This document shows positions 12,869 through 26,832 of a stretch of DNA of 64,000 nt, in pieces. Numbering within the stretch: position 1 is the stretch's first letter; every line of letters starts with the position of its first letter. The notes beneath the pieces were generated by a model. That model was not told the origin of the DNA. It ran no database searches and saw only the letters and a list, made by a program, of their open reading frames with translations. The DNA is taken from assembly GCA_040954595.2 (NCBI GenBank), contig CM082577.2:4948301-5012300 (forward strand). The letters are read 5' to 3'. The stretch is from Balanoglossus misakiensis (taxonomy: Eukaryota; Animalia; Hemichordata). A program made the translations under genes and the position numbers.

Positions 12869-13945
12869 CTACGATGCTTGACCGGCTGATCTTTCTTGCA
12901 TTTCCTCAATATCTTCCGCTTGCAGATATCGAGATTTCACACCTTTATGGACAACAAGTTTTAACTTGGGTTCTTCATCGGTTGACAGGCCCAGTTTTTC
13001 TCTCTGCTGAAGGACCATGGTTTTCAGCAGAGGTGGCAGCTCGCTGGAGCTGGGAACAATTTTAAAGTCTCTGACCGGATCGGGGTCGTACTTGCAGAAG
13101 TCGGTTTCTTCGCTTTTCCTGACGAGAATCCACTCTTTCTTGGGTGCAGTGTTTATCATGACCTCCTGTTCTTGTTGGTAGCCTGCAAGAGTGATCAGTG
13201 AAGGGTGGTGATGCGGGAAGTTTCATACACTCACACTTATGCTCTTTTCCAGAAGCTTTACCAGTGGTAACACAAAATAGAATTCCTACCTCTCCATGTG
13301 AGCTTTCCCCATATTTTGCCACCGTCCATGGCCTACGAAAAAAGAAGAGAATGTAGAATAAAATGAAAAAGAAATCCCTTCAAGGAACCATCTCTTGCCT
13401 GAATACAGAGAGATATTTAGTAACCAGAAGGCAAAACCTAATTCATCTATGGGGTAGCCCAATGTATTCTATGAAATGGCCTCGGCCGACAGCTCTATCC
13501 CGATGTTTTTTTATGGCGATTGTTTCAAGTTGGTGTATAAAGGTGATATCACGTTGTCCGGGACTCCGACAACTCAATCCCTATTCTTCGCAATCGTCCC
13601 TCCCACCAGCAAGCATATCCACAAGCACATGTGATCGTGCACAATTTGTTATCACTCATTGACTCGGTTGTAATGGTTATTGGATCAGACTGACTGCAGT
13701 TATTATCATCTTACCGGACGACTGCAATCTATCCTAACCCGTGTTATGACATAGTAACTAGGTTCTGGGTACAGCAAATTCCATCTTTGTCTGGTCACAA
13801 CACGACCAACACCAAGTCGCTTGCATTCGGTGCAAATGTTGAATAAGTTCTTGCCGGTGGAGAAGAATTTCTCGAAAATCTCCTTCCTTGAAAATGGCGA
13901 CAGATTACTAACTAAATGATGAATGTTACTGATTTTCCTCGCCAT
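12869..13945 (-). CDS. MRPS34: Mitochondrial ribosomal protein S34 (mS34), ~195 aa, 3 exons
   Basis: Exons 13715-13945, 13290-13332, 12869-13182 (588 nt, GT-AG). Motifs LGVGRVVTRQRW..YPEPSYYVITRVRID, GKIWGKLTWRG, EWILVRKSEE and LPPLLKTM..STDEEPKL match mS34 as I recall it (GLGRLVTRKSW..EPCYWRLTRV, GKAWGILTFKG, PPLLRAM..STEEPML). Confidence 0.9.
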
Positions 13946-14048
13946 TCTTTTAACGTCTGTGCTTAAACGCAAGTGACAGTCAACTTCCAACTTCTACGCG
14001 AGGTCCGACTTGCCTCTCACATGGAAGTCGCCATTTGCAATGGGGTTA

Positions 14049-14060
14049 TGCGCAGGCGCA
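14049..14060. promoter_or_regulatory. NRF-1 (Ewg/P3A2 family) site in the MRPS34 promoter
   Basis: TGCGCAGGCGCA lies ~100 bp upstream of the MRPS34 ATG, next to YY1-like CGCCATTT; typical of nuclear-encoded mitochondrial genes. Confidence 0.65.
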
Positions 14061-15055
14061 GGTCGAAGTCGTAACCTCCAGCAGTCAGATGCATTCAGTT
14101 TTCTCAATAAATTACAACCGTTATCGGAAAGCCCGTTTACCAGCGTTGTTTATGGTAAACAGTGGGGAAAAAATAAAAAGGAAATTGAAATAAAGATAAT
14201 GTAAACACTAAGTTATACTTTTTTGCTTTAAAGGCCCCACACATAAAAATCAAGGTACAAAATTCAATGTGTTGTTATTTCAATCACAGTCGCTGTGATT
14301 TCAATAAACTTTACTGTGCATAAAATAACGTTGAATATGAGAGTATTGAGACCATGTAAACTCAGTTTGTTTAGTTTTTCAAGGCCCGACACATAAAATT
14401 AAAATAAAACGATACAGGCCTTAATGGTAAAATGCACTTTGCTATTTCTCATTATCCGAATACATAAAATAACACGTTACATATCGTGCATTGATATCAG
14501 ATTCTTTGACGCTGACTCAGGATTTTGTGAAGTCAAGGTCTTCCTTTCGGCAAATCATCCCAGGGGGGTCTGGGGCCTGACTAAAAAAATGTTTATTGAG
14601 ATGTTTCTTCTCTTCTCCAGTTTTTAATGGTTTCTGCCGACACTCTTGAAGTTGCCGTCTCACATTTCATTGAATGCGGCTAACTCGGTAGTACGACATT
14701 CACTGTGTAGCATGAAAATAGATCTAAACACTCCAGGGAAATAAAAACCGTCAGACATCGTAAATAATGCCATCAAACTTAAGTGGGGCACCGAGAAATA
14801 CATGAACAGACATGATAACAAACGAGAGTTAACCGATAGAACCGCCGGACTTGAGTACAGTACATGTATGTAGATTTGTATAATTTTATTCCAAAGTGAA
14901 CGTTTTGCATAAAAAGAATATTTCACTCTGGCATGTCATGTGTTGGATTCTGGCTTTGTTTGGAGCCTACAATATGTTCAGCATTCAACGGTCACAGCAA
15001 TTTGATACGTGATATTTCAACAGTTATCAAATATTAAAACGGGTTCACAAAGGTT

Positions 15056-15100
15056 TGAGTGAGTGAGTGAGTGAGTGAGTGAGTGAGTGAATGAATGAGT
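15056..15100. repeat. (GAGT)n microsatellite
   Basis: About 11 tandem TGAG/TGAA units. Confidence 0.95.
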
Positions 15101-18100
15101 TTTTCCCTTCACAAGGGTTCTGTTATGCCGTCCATCCTTTACAAGACTATTTCTTGATTGATTGGTTTTCCTAATGTTGAAACGTTAAGTATTTAATTTA
15201 CATGTACTTATTTATTTAATGAATTATTCATTTATTTGGGTATGATCCTTCCGTTATTTTCCACGTTAGGTTGTCCTTGACTACTAGCAACTGCTTAGAT
15301 ATCACGCCTGTTTGTCAATCCCATCATACTCATATCACATGCGTCACGTTCAAACGTACGGGAACGAGTTATATGGCAAACGCCCACGTGACTAAGCCCT
15401 CGTGCCTCCATCTCACGTTCAGACAGTTGGCTGTCATCCTTGAGAATTTAAAAATAGGCTATGCTTTTACTTGTATATGTTGATTTATTGATCGATAATA
15501 GGCTTTATCGTCATTTTCTATTTAATATTTTAATCGGAAATCGAACGGTTAATTTGACGGCTTGGCAGGTTTTACTGCCAGTGGCATGATGTGAATGTGA
15601 GGCTTAATGGGTGTGGTTCCAATATTAATTTGTGCGAATAAACGATAGAAGGGCTTCAGATATTTCACTATCTATTGTTAGTCATCCAGTACACGTCATA
15701 TATCAGGGTTCATTGGAGTAGCGGGGCGGCAGCTGCATCTTTTCATCGCGTTTTTAGCGATTTCGATCCGTGTATCAACCACATGTTCTCGTTTGACTCC
15801 CTATAAAGCATAGTGAAACGACCGGCACCCGGCTTGTCAGCATCAGAACAGTCTAGCAACGTCGTCATTTTTACAATGAACATCAAGTCCGGACTTGAAT
15901 TTAATAGTAAACCTCATACAGTGTAGGGTGAGAAAGAGTGTCGTGCATTTGCTTTTGTATTGAATTAGGCCTAAGAGCAATGGCAAAATAGGATATATAT
16001 GAAACATTTAAAAGACCATAAAATGAGCGTGCATAACAACATCGTTCTATAATTTGACCTTGCTAAGCAACCGTAAACAATCTTTTTCACATTTGGCCTT
16101 TTTGCTGACTGTGACATTCATGCTGTTTTATTGTTATTCAAAAAGCTGTTCTGGAAAAGCTTCGCGTAGCAGTATAAAAACACTACAGAGAGGCAAAACA
16201 TGTGCTTGTAGGTATAAAATGAGACAGAGTGATTTACTGTAGTGCGTCATCATATTTATCATCATTATTATTCTCATGATATACTCGCCAACACAGACGT
16301 AGACGTGGGTGTGTCGTGTTTTTGCGGCGACCGATTAGTGGGCCAGCGTCACTTTTTCACACTTTCTGGAAATAACAGCAATATAGAATCATAATGATGA
16401 CGACTGTACCTCAGTTGGTTTCGGTTGAGAGTTAATAATTTGCAAGAATATGGTTTCCGCGACCTATAATCGAACTAGAGAGAGCCTCCTCCATGTCAAT
16501 ATGTGTGATTTATGACCAGGTATAAAATAATCAAACTTTTACGAGAGTTTAGATAGCTAAAGTATGTGGAAGTTGTTAAACAGGTAAACACTTGCCAATG
16601 CCCGAAACTAAGTGAAAATAGTTTTTTCCATCATTTATATGGAATTACTCACAAACGACTTCCATTTATACAACGCAATATTGGTCCATATCATCATCTG
16701 ATCAATTGATTTATATACGGGGTGGCCAGTTTGATCGCGTCAGGTGATCGGTTTCTGACGGTGGCACAGCCGAGCTGTATGTATGTACATGTACAAATAA
16801 AATCCATTCTCCGCAACCACACATATGTACTGGTTACCAGAACCACCTATTTGGCAACATTTCCCATTTTTATTTTCTACAAAAAGTTGCTTCGAAGGCA
16901 ATTAGACGTGAAAGACTTTGCGGTTGGCGTGATTTATTCCGGTCGATGTTGACGCCTATCGATTTTCGCGACAGAGAAACAGTGACTGTCGTTTATTGGG
17001 AATACGCCCGTGCAGTCTTTTCCAGTTGGAAGCAGTAAATCACGTCGACTGAATGGATAAATACTAGTACTTTATTAAAGAGCTACTACTACTATGGACC
17101 CACAATAATAGTAGCAAAACACTGTATTCAGATCGCCTGTTGATTTATGCCCCCAACGACGAGAAGATGACACCGTTCCACTGTGACGCGCTGACCTCTC
17201 TCCTGGCGATTTTTTAAACACCACCCCTTTCTTTGTTTCCGTGGTACTACCCCTGCAGAATGTACAGCTTGTATACGCACGACTAACCATTCCACGTCAC
17301 ACTGCTGTTTCGTTCGTGAACAGTGTGGGCCTTTCTCTGCCTTTTATGGATTTCCCAACCGCGTGAACGATATTCCGCTATCGTCGGTGGGTTTAGCCTG
17401 GAGAAACCACCACTACCGTGATTATCGTACATTATACTCGGGTGCATCAATCAAATTTTAAATGCTGGGAGCGGTAGTCGTATCTCGTTGCAACTTTTAA
17501 TTTCCGTCTTGAAACTGAAGCGTACTGCCAAAAGCAGTATCCAGTAACCAGTGACCCCTGAACTGCATGGCTGGTATCATTTCTCTATCTTTCATTCGGG
17601 GTATTTTACCATGGCGACAGCTCTCGTACACATTAAAACTTGTACGGATATAACCAGCGGAAGATACGACCATGACTTCCAGAGCGACATGTACATAATC
17701 ACTATTAATAATATTCGAATATATGATCCCGTTTTCGTCCCCGTGACCAAAATTGTATCTTGAATTTATCATTTTAATTTCCGATTACAGTAACAGTAAT
17801 CCGTCCATTTCCCTCTATCTCATACCCAAAGTATCAAATAACGATTATTCGTCGAAAATACACTCTCCACGTCCTGATATCATAATTCTAGACGGTATTT
17901 CCTGGTCAATTGATTACGACCATGCAGTTTCGGCCAATTAATTCCCTCGTTAGTCCATAATCTGACAGAAAATGGTTTCAAATGAATGGTAAAATAACAA
18001 TGGAAATCGGGAATTTCCAACCGCTACTGAAAATGTACACATGTTCATAAAGAATATAACACGTGTATTACCAGTAAAATTATATTTGGAGGAGGTAGAA

Positions 18101-21100
18101 CTTCTGAGTTATTTCTCACGGGTTTTATATAAGAAGTAGCATGCAGCGATTTGCGAGGTCATAGTGTCTGTACACTTAACCCCACTATGTCAATATCACA
18201 GACCACCTGTGACGTTGTAATTGACCCACACAGACATCCTGTGACCTTGACTGACCTAAACTTATCTTCTTAAATGGGAGGATCTATTACTGAAAAGCAC
18301 ACGCTGCAATTTTATGGCGGGTAATTTTCCTTTTAATAAATGACAAAAATACAACATCAGTAAACTTATCAGGGGCACTTTTGGACTCACTGACGCTTGG
18401 CATACGCACGGCCCACGTGACATGTTCTGTCACTTTAGGCCTACATGTATATGGACGTTTAAAGTTTATGTGGTATATTATGGACAGTCCAAGACAGCAC
18501 GTTTCGTAAACGAAAGTTCCGGTTGGCTCACATTGAACGTGACCAGTTCCGAGAAAAGATGGTCCCGGGTCTGTTGCTGGTGTCTTCCATTATACCCATC
18601 ATCAGCTGACGTCACAACCGCGGCAGTCCGACAAGGGATGGGACAGAGACGAGATGGATACTTCAATGAGATGGAAGCGTCAATACTATTTACCTATGAG
18701 TAAAATTCTGAAATATGGTCATATTATGCAAACATCGTAGTAATCCTTCGACCACACAATAAAAAATATCAATGTTGATGTTTGGCCTATTTCCCGGACC
18801 AAGGCTAGCAATGCTTAGCCACTACAGTCGGTGATGGCACCAGTAGTACCAGTATCCGTTACACCAACACTCCCTCCACGCACTCTGTTGACACACATAG
18901 CGCTAATATCGTTAATCGTCCGGCGCGAAAATTATTTATTGGTATATAGGAGGTCAAAGTTCGACATATTACTAGTATTTTTTAAATAGCCGGCACTCCC
19001 AACTTACGTACTCTGTCAATGTTTATGACCTTGGTTTATGACCCGGGGTTTATGACGTCACGCGAAAATGTAGGTGGGCCAGAACCAGATGGTCCTTGGG
19101 GTGCGTCCGTTCAAGCACGGTCACTCCACGGTCACCCTAGTTCAAGTATATCAACACCACGGCGTCAACATTTCAATTTTACAATGTAAAAAGCCGATTT
19201 GACGGCTACATACTGAATGTTAATCAACGCTCTGAAAGCGATAACTTTGCTGGCCCTCGGAATTAAAAATAACTTCAAGGATATGGTTAATTGGCTTTTG
19301 TTCGCCTATTAAATTTCTTCCACTTCACTTTTCAGACTCTAGCTGTGGGAAAATTCAGATCCACAGCGGGGTGAAGCATTTATAATCCCACCTGTCGTCA
19401 TGGACCGTTAGCCGAGAAGTTTTTTTTATCTTCGACGTACAGTTGTGAAGGTTGTAATACATTAAAGCTTTATTGGTGATTATAGGTTTCAACGAAAATG
19501 ATGTAGACTTGTTTTACTTTTAAACAAGACAACTTCCATCATTTTTTTCTCTCTCTCCACCCACATTTAAAATAAAACCATGTGAGTTTGAAGTGTCCGT
19601 CGTAATCAGCGGGTAATCCGCTATGTACACAGTGCATCTGCATATAACATGCCTCTTCAATTGGCAAAAGCGATGAGATTTACTCGAGCGTGGAATCGGG
19701 ACAGTTGGTTCCCGCGACTCCTTTGTAGAGCGGTGGCAAGCGTTCCCACAATACAGACAGGAAGGAAGTAAAGCCATGCAACACGATCTTGGCCGTGCTA
19801 TATTCGCGTATTATCCCAGACAGGAGATATGAATATCACATTAGCCTCCAGGCATGTCAGCTGTGTCTGGGTTTATTGCGAATACACGCAGACACACGTC
19901 AAAGCATTCCTTTGCGACGTGTTTGTTGAACTGTTGGAGCCCCGTGCTCGTGCTGAACTGTGGATACGCTATATATAGAGAGCCCATGGTTGACCCTTGC
20001 CATGGGTCCGCGGGCCCTCCTACTGGTGTTTTCTGGCGATCCCGTGGCTTTTTACGAATTTTACTTTCGACAGTTTTGCATGCCTATACAAGCAAAAAAA
20101 ATCAGCCATAAAAAGATACAGGACTGCCAGAAAATTCCAGCAAGATGGCTGGTTCGAACCCATGTGTGGATATCACTGAAGTTAAACGATTTTTGTCGGA
20201 TATTCACATATCAAACAGGTGTCAATCTTTGAAACCGCTGAGCCACACATCCGGGCATTTGAGGCGAAGACACCATGAAACCAATATCCTTCATCAGATC
20301 CAGGCACGGACACACCATAGCATGATTTGCAATTACATAACGACCATTACCAAGTCAATGCTAACCCTGTAAATCTAAATCTACATTTAAATTGGCAAAC
20401 ACAAAGACTCGACGATTTCCCACAGAACATCCCTACTTGCGTCGGCCCACGGACAAAAGCACATAGATTGTCCCAAGGATCATGGATTCAAGCCAGGATT
20501 TCGTAAACTGTGTTATTGAAATTCCAATTCCCAAATGAGCGGCTGTATTGTACTGAAATTGGGTGTTGAGTCTTACACGATGCAAGCTTTTAATTCTAGC
20601 AACAACTTGCTGCAACGGAAATATCACATTTTACTGCCGAAATGAAAGTTGATATTCTGCAGACAATACTGGATTACGTTTTCTGCCATTTCTGGTCATG
20701 TTTTTTTAAAAGAAAATACAGTAGGCTGCAAGTAACATTGGCTTCACTGTGAAATTACTCTGAATAATAAACTGACTAGTCCTATTATCAAATGATTGTG
20801 TACTAGCACAGACGTGGTACTAGTATATGGATACAACCATATACTATACTGGACGAAAACTGAGCTGTGGGGATGGATGCTGGAGAACTTCACGGAGAGT
20901 ATGTTCGCATAACAAAGAGGCTGTTTTGAGTGGCTTGCTCTCCGCGGTCACCTGACACGAGAGATACACTTACAGGACAAGTTGTTGGCAGCTGTGAGGA
21001 GATGAATCAACTTGGCAGGTCATCACAAACATCTGTGTGTTTACAGAAGATGTCTCAGCTGATGGTATTTACTCGGGGGATTCTTTGGCCCATGTTAAAG

Positions 21101-24100
21101 AGACAAAGTCGCTAACTTGAGATGTTTTTTTGATAAATTTTCTTTTCCTTTGATGGGATTTCCATGTTGTTCTGCACACTGAAACATGCTCACTGACCAG
21201 TTCTCATGGCTCAATTTACAACCTATAAATGGATATCCCGTGAATACTTCCATCTTTTAATTTTGGAGCAGTACCAAAAATTATATTGCAGACATATTCT
21301 CATGTTATAGTTCCCATGTAAAGGGTGTGTGTTGAGTTGTAGCAACTCATCATTTAGCATGTTTCCAGTGAGTAGAACAAAATTAACGGCCCATAAAATG
21401 AACGGAAATACCCCCCAAAATATCAAAAGTTAATGGCTTTGTCCCTTTAATGATTGAACCAAACTCCCAGCTACTGTAACGACCTCAGCTCTCAACAACC
21501 TATTACAGCTAACATATATACATATACACAATGGATTGAATATGTTATAAACAAAACCCAGACTGTTTACATGTACATGACGACCACGAAACCATTTCAG
21601 AGACAGTTTGTTTCACTGCACTGGATGAAAACAATAACAAGCATGGCATCAACCCTCACAAAATATTTCATCAAGCATGTGCGTTGTGTATCATATCACT
21701 ACTCGCACATTACAAGTGAAAGTGACATTTATATTCGTGTTTGATTGTTGACAAAACACACTGCAGGGAGCCATTTGAACTTGCAAAGAAATACAGGTTC
21801 CATGACTGTATTTTGATTTCCAAATACACTGACTGCAAGGGGCACTTCAGCTGGAACCTTTGATAGTTTTTACCAGTACTTTTTTCTATGTGACAGACCA
21901 CACTTCATCTATTCATATTATAGGACAAACTGACAAATAAAACACTGGATGTTCATCTTTGTTGTGGAAAGAACAAGAAACAGAGAATATACTGATATAA
22001 TATTTTAAAAGTTTCAAGTGGTGTCCCTTGATTTATGGACAGTAAACTAGGGTTGGGCGGTGTTTGCAAAAAGCAAACACTTGTGTCCCAAATGACACCC
22101 AACATATACAAAACCAAAACCTCGGGATTAATTTCTGAAATGGAGACCCACCCTTTTGGAGTATGTAATCTGATCATTTATCATAATTGACTAACGAACA
22201 CAATTTTCTGACAAAAAGTGGTCATTTTTTCTACAGCCAATCAAATTTCGCCAATTATCTCGCAAATACAATTTCAAGCTGCATTGGTTTCACTTTAAAC
22301 ATGACATGGCAAACGAAGATATGGGTGCTATAGCTGCCATCAATCAAGATAACTGACGTCTCAACGTGAAGTGGTCAAGTATCTTGAGAGTTCCGTCAGG
22401 CGTTGTGGGCATCCCCGTGTATTAAATGGTGTTCATATCAGGGATGTATTTATATGGTATTCATATCAGCTGAACATCATATATACACTCAAAACTTCTG
22501 TATTTGTTTAGTTTTTCTTCCCTATTTCACATCCTCGATTGGGAGTGACTAACAATAAAAGTACCATAGGAATCTTTGATTGAATTTTGCCGACAATTAG
22601 AAGTAAGCACAGATCATGACAGCTAGCTAGACTTGTTTTTTGTTTGTGTGTGATTTGTGGTTAAATTATTAATTCAAACATCCTGTGCAAAGATGGACCA
22701 CTATATATGTTTAACAGGAAATATGAATAGATCGATCCGATGAAATAAACCTTGTACTTTGATCAGCAAATGTGACAGCTGACAAAAACAAATGTTAGTC
22801 AGCTCTCCCGGTTACGCGAGGACCGAGCAAATATCTGCCAAAACTGTCATCCATGGCGACATATGGCGCAATTAATCTGGAAACTAATTCTATGACTTCA
22901 TCCATTGGTCAGCAATGTTATATTCAAATCACCTGTGATATTTTCGCAAATCCGGCACAAGTAGGAACAGCCGGTCAACAATGGCATGATTAGGGGTCAT
23001 TGTTCTCTGGGTCTCGCTACAAAAGCCGCATCACCATCTCAATGAACTCTGTGCAAGTACTTGTGTAGACCATCATAGTGCAAGTGTCAACATGGATGCC
23101 ATGCATCCATGGTTCCAATGACTGGTTTATACAGGAGAGATGGTTAGCCTGGAGCCATATCCTCTATGTCCATCCACCTTCCATTCAGCTTTCACCGCTG
23201 TGACAGTTATTTTCTAATTTTAGAAAAAAAACTGTTTGTTTTCAACAGAAACTCCTTTTAATTTACGTCAACTTGTCGCAAACGTACAAGGAAAAGGGGC
23301 CAAAGTTTAAGAGAATGGAAAATGCACACACACACATTCTTGTCGGGGCTAATGGCCTCATCTGCACAGGTCCATTAAAAGAACAGTGTCATCACTCTAT
23401 TCTGGGGCAAACAATGTCGCAAGGGTTTAAAAAGAGTATAGGGCTACTGTTTTCTGTCAAGTTTCTTTTCTTCAAAAGACCTGCCAAGATAATTCAGATT
23501 CTTGCATTTCATTGCAGGAAAAAGCACAAATGACAGAACAGGTTATACAGTATGAATTCACATCCAGAACAAAAGAGGTTTTTAACTCTACAAAGAGATT
23601 CATTGCACACCAGTTAACACATTCTGGAGTACTTCTACATGAAGTGACAAGTCCCACATTTGACGCCAAATTATCTTCCCTTCCCTGTATGCAAAGTGAT
23701 GGTGTGCGTGTAAATCTGCATCTCGCATGAAATCACTTTCTTCCATGCTACTTTATTTTGTAAATATTTGAGGATTTTATGAATTTTCGTGACATGATGT
23801 GCCTACATTTGATGACAAACACATTTCTGTGAAGACACTGGGAGCTGTACCAAAGTTGAAGATTCAAAGCAGTAGTTTCCTCGTCTGTGGGGTCCACATC
23901 AAATTTCAGCCACGCATCCCTGTGCTAATTCTGGTTAAAACAAAATTCCATGAGAGTAGCAGACTCACGGCTAAAACTCAGTCTGCAAAATGAACACCGC
24001 AAGTAAATTAACATATGCATCAGTCCCGATGAGCAAAAAAAAAAGTGTCTCAGGTCACGATATCAACCGAAGGAATTCAAAAACAGCACCGAGCGGAAAT

Positions 24101-26223
24101 AAAATACTAGACAGTAGCATATGCAAGACTGACACTTAATTATAAAGTCAGGCTTCACCGTGGCCGAGTTGACCCTACACACAGTGTGAAGGCACGCATC
24201 GTAATGCTGCCAAATGAATCACGCAAGCTGATAAATTCTGATGTATGGACGCAAGTGCTATTTTGAAATACTGAGACTAGTGACACCCGTTTTCCCCCAA
24301 GTCTGTAAAACAGCAGGCAAACCCCTGGAGTACCCGAGAAAAACAAGTTTAACCCTTTCTAGCCTGGATTTCTGGGAACGTACCCAAATATCTCCTATAT
24401 ATAGGATATCCGGCCAGGTGACAATTTCTCTTTATCATGGCCTATTTTTGTCTTATTAAATGCCTGGTCTTCTCTCTCTCCCGCAAACTCAAATCCCAGA
24501 AGTACTCATTAATTGATTCCCTCTTCCTGACCCGAAGATCTTCTGCCTTTCTGTCAAATACCCTTTTTATGTCAAAATGTTTAATATTTTCACCCATTTT
24601 TCTCTCATTTTTTCCCTTTACTTTAGACCAAGTGGACTCAATTTTCCGTTGTCTGCAGGTCTTGATTAAAATTTGAGAAAAAATGAGGAAAAAGTAATGT
24701 TTTTTTTTTTTTTTTTTGGAAAGATGACAAGTTGACAATGGCATTGAAATATGTTTATGTTAAGCTTAACCATTTTATCACCCTAAAAATACCTCTTAAA
24801 ACGTCATGGTGTACTGTGTCAGACTTAGCTGTCCATGATACACTATATGTGGACATAAACTTGACCTGATAATAAATGCCCCTCACCCTGAGTGCAATCT
24901 TCCTGGAACCCTGAAAATCTAGATTTCCAAGGACTTGGTGGTAAAGTGGTTTGAAATGGAAACAGGTCAGATAAGAGCATTTGTTCAATCTGTATAGATT
25001 GGTTTTAGCCTCCCATTTATTCGCACACAAAGACAAATGGTCCAATCACAAACTGCCAATCTATTTTCGCTCAATAATCACTGTATGTCGTTGACAGTAA
25101 AAAGAGACATTAGTTCTATTTAGCTACGTGCATGTTGTTGTGGCCTTGCAGCTCTCTGGTTAGTGTCGCTTTCATGGTACTGATACGTATGGTGTGAAAA
25201 ACCATCACAACTGAAAATATACAAGGACACAACCAGGAGAGCTGTGGACCCACAGACATGGCACGTATAAAATGATATTTCCAATGAATGAATAAATGAA
25301 AGCAAAATTCTTTAACTGTGCCCTTCACACTTTCACTGATCCAGATATTGCCATGTTTTATCCACTGTAGACTATAGTGATAGTAACTCCCCATGAAGAC
25401 AATCATTTTCTGGACTAGCTTCAGAATCTTTGTATCCAGAGAACAAATTGGACCACATAGACGACAATACGTTGGAAATTTGTTTTTATTTTTCGGGTTA
25501 CTACCCTAGCTAGACTATTTTACATCGTTTCATTACATGTTCATTACAAAAAAAAAGAGGACATCACAAAAACAATCACACAAACACAAGTCTGGTCGCA
25601 AGGAAAGAAAGAGACCACAGGTGTAAATAGGAAACTTCAAACAGGTGGCAGCCTCTGAATAGAAACACTATCTGTTCAAAAGTGACAGACAATTACATAA
25701 CAGGGAAAAAAAATCAATACATGTTGTTTAACTGATCTCCACAACTGTTGCATTTAACTGACACAAATATCACATTTAAATAAAAACAAGAGGAAAAGAC
25801 AAAACATACATTTGAACAATGCTACAAGGTGATCAATACCATTTCAGGCAAGGAGACCCATTAGAGTAAATGCTGGATGTTTAAAGAATTGTGATGATGG
25901 TGATAATACTGACATATTTTTATTTAAAGCAATTGCCGGTTTCTGTTGAGAACAGTTGGTTCGGTTTAAAATCAATCAATTAATTGACAAGGTCCAATAG
26001 TTTCACTTGAAAACCAAACAGAACGCTTGTAAGCTCATAGGCAATTGTCGTTTGTTTGTTGTGAGAATGTAAGTGTAACCAAATACCAGACCTATAGAGA
26101 TAAGAGATAAACTCCACTCCATAAAAACGGGAATGTTGTCAGAAAAATATCTTCTCGAGTATTAAAAAAAGGCAGTTTTCATTGCAAGATTTGTCGTTCT
26201 GAGTCAAACTCTGTAATCCTTTG

Positions 26224-26832
26224 TTACCTCTTTTTCTTTAGCTGTTTCGCAGTCTTTTTCCTCTTGATGATCATGTCGTAGAGAATGTCTAGGCCTTCAA
26301 AGAGACCTTCTCCAGTGATAGCACACGCTGGCTGCACATGCCATAGTTGCATTGGTCCAACGATATCGGCGACACTCAGTCGACTCTCCACTTCTTGCAC
26401 ACTCAAAGCCGCTGGTAGGTCCTGTTTGTTTGCGATGACAATCAGCGGCGTGCCGTGGTTCTCCTGTGTTTTGAGCAGTTTAGTCAGCTCGGTTTTCGCC
26501 TCTTCCAGCTTGTCGATGTCACAACTGTCCACGACAAACACAATGCCGTCGGCGCCCCGCGTGTAGGATTTCCACAGCGGTCGAAGTTTGTCCTGCCCGC
26601 CCACGTCCCAAAAGGTGAAAGTTGTCCCCTTGGCTTTCCCCGACGTCGGTTTCACCTTCTCCACGTTGAAGCCAATGGTGGGGACACTGTTTATGAATTC
26701 GTTGAACTTCAAACGATATAATGCTGTAGTCTTACCCGAGTAATCCAAGCCTATCATGGCAATTTGCAGCGACTGGAAGGCTGGTATATGTTCCCAGAAA
26801 CTTCGCCCACTGCGCGACGAACCACTGCCCAT
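26224..26832 (-). CDS. ARL4: ADP-ribosylation factor-like protein 4 (ARL4A/C/D pro-ortholog), 202 aa, intronless CDS
   Basis: N-myristoylation MG, GLDYSGKT, LYRLKFNEF..VPTIGFN, WDVGGQDKLRPLWKSYTR, ANKQDL, QPACAITGEGL and a basic C-terminal tail KRKKTAKQLKKKR typical of ARL4. Minus-strand AATAAA near 25486-25491. Confidence 0.95.
   Translation of the reverse strand: MGSGSSRSGRSFWEHIPAFQSLQIAMIGLDYSGKTTALYRLKFNEFINSVPTIGFNVEKVKPTSGKAKGTTFTFWDVGGQDKLRPLWKSYTRGADGIVFVVDSCDIDKLEEAKTELTKLLKTQENHGTPLIVIANKQDLPAALSVQEVESRLSVADIVGPMQLWHVQPACAITGEGLFEGLDILYDMIIKRKKTAKQLKKKR

Noticed and set aside
17350-17400. Hairpin containing TCGGTGGG (miR-278-like 5' end)
   Set aside because: The match stops after 8 nt and the stem is too short and bulged for a pre-miRNA.
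19854-20372. Overlapping short ORFs around a TATATATAG and a small CCCATGG hairpin
   Set aside because: No homology recognised and no consistent splice signals.
24442-24744. Lys/Arg/Glu-rich 100-aa minus-strand ORF
   Set aside because: Arises from a pyrimidine-rich strand and poly-T run; no family recognised.
26285-26721. Plus-strand ORFs overlapping ARL4
   Set aside because: Antisense shadows of a GC-richer coding sequence.
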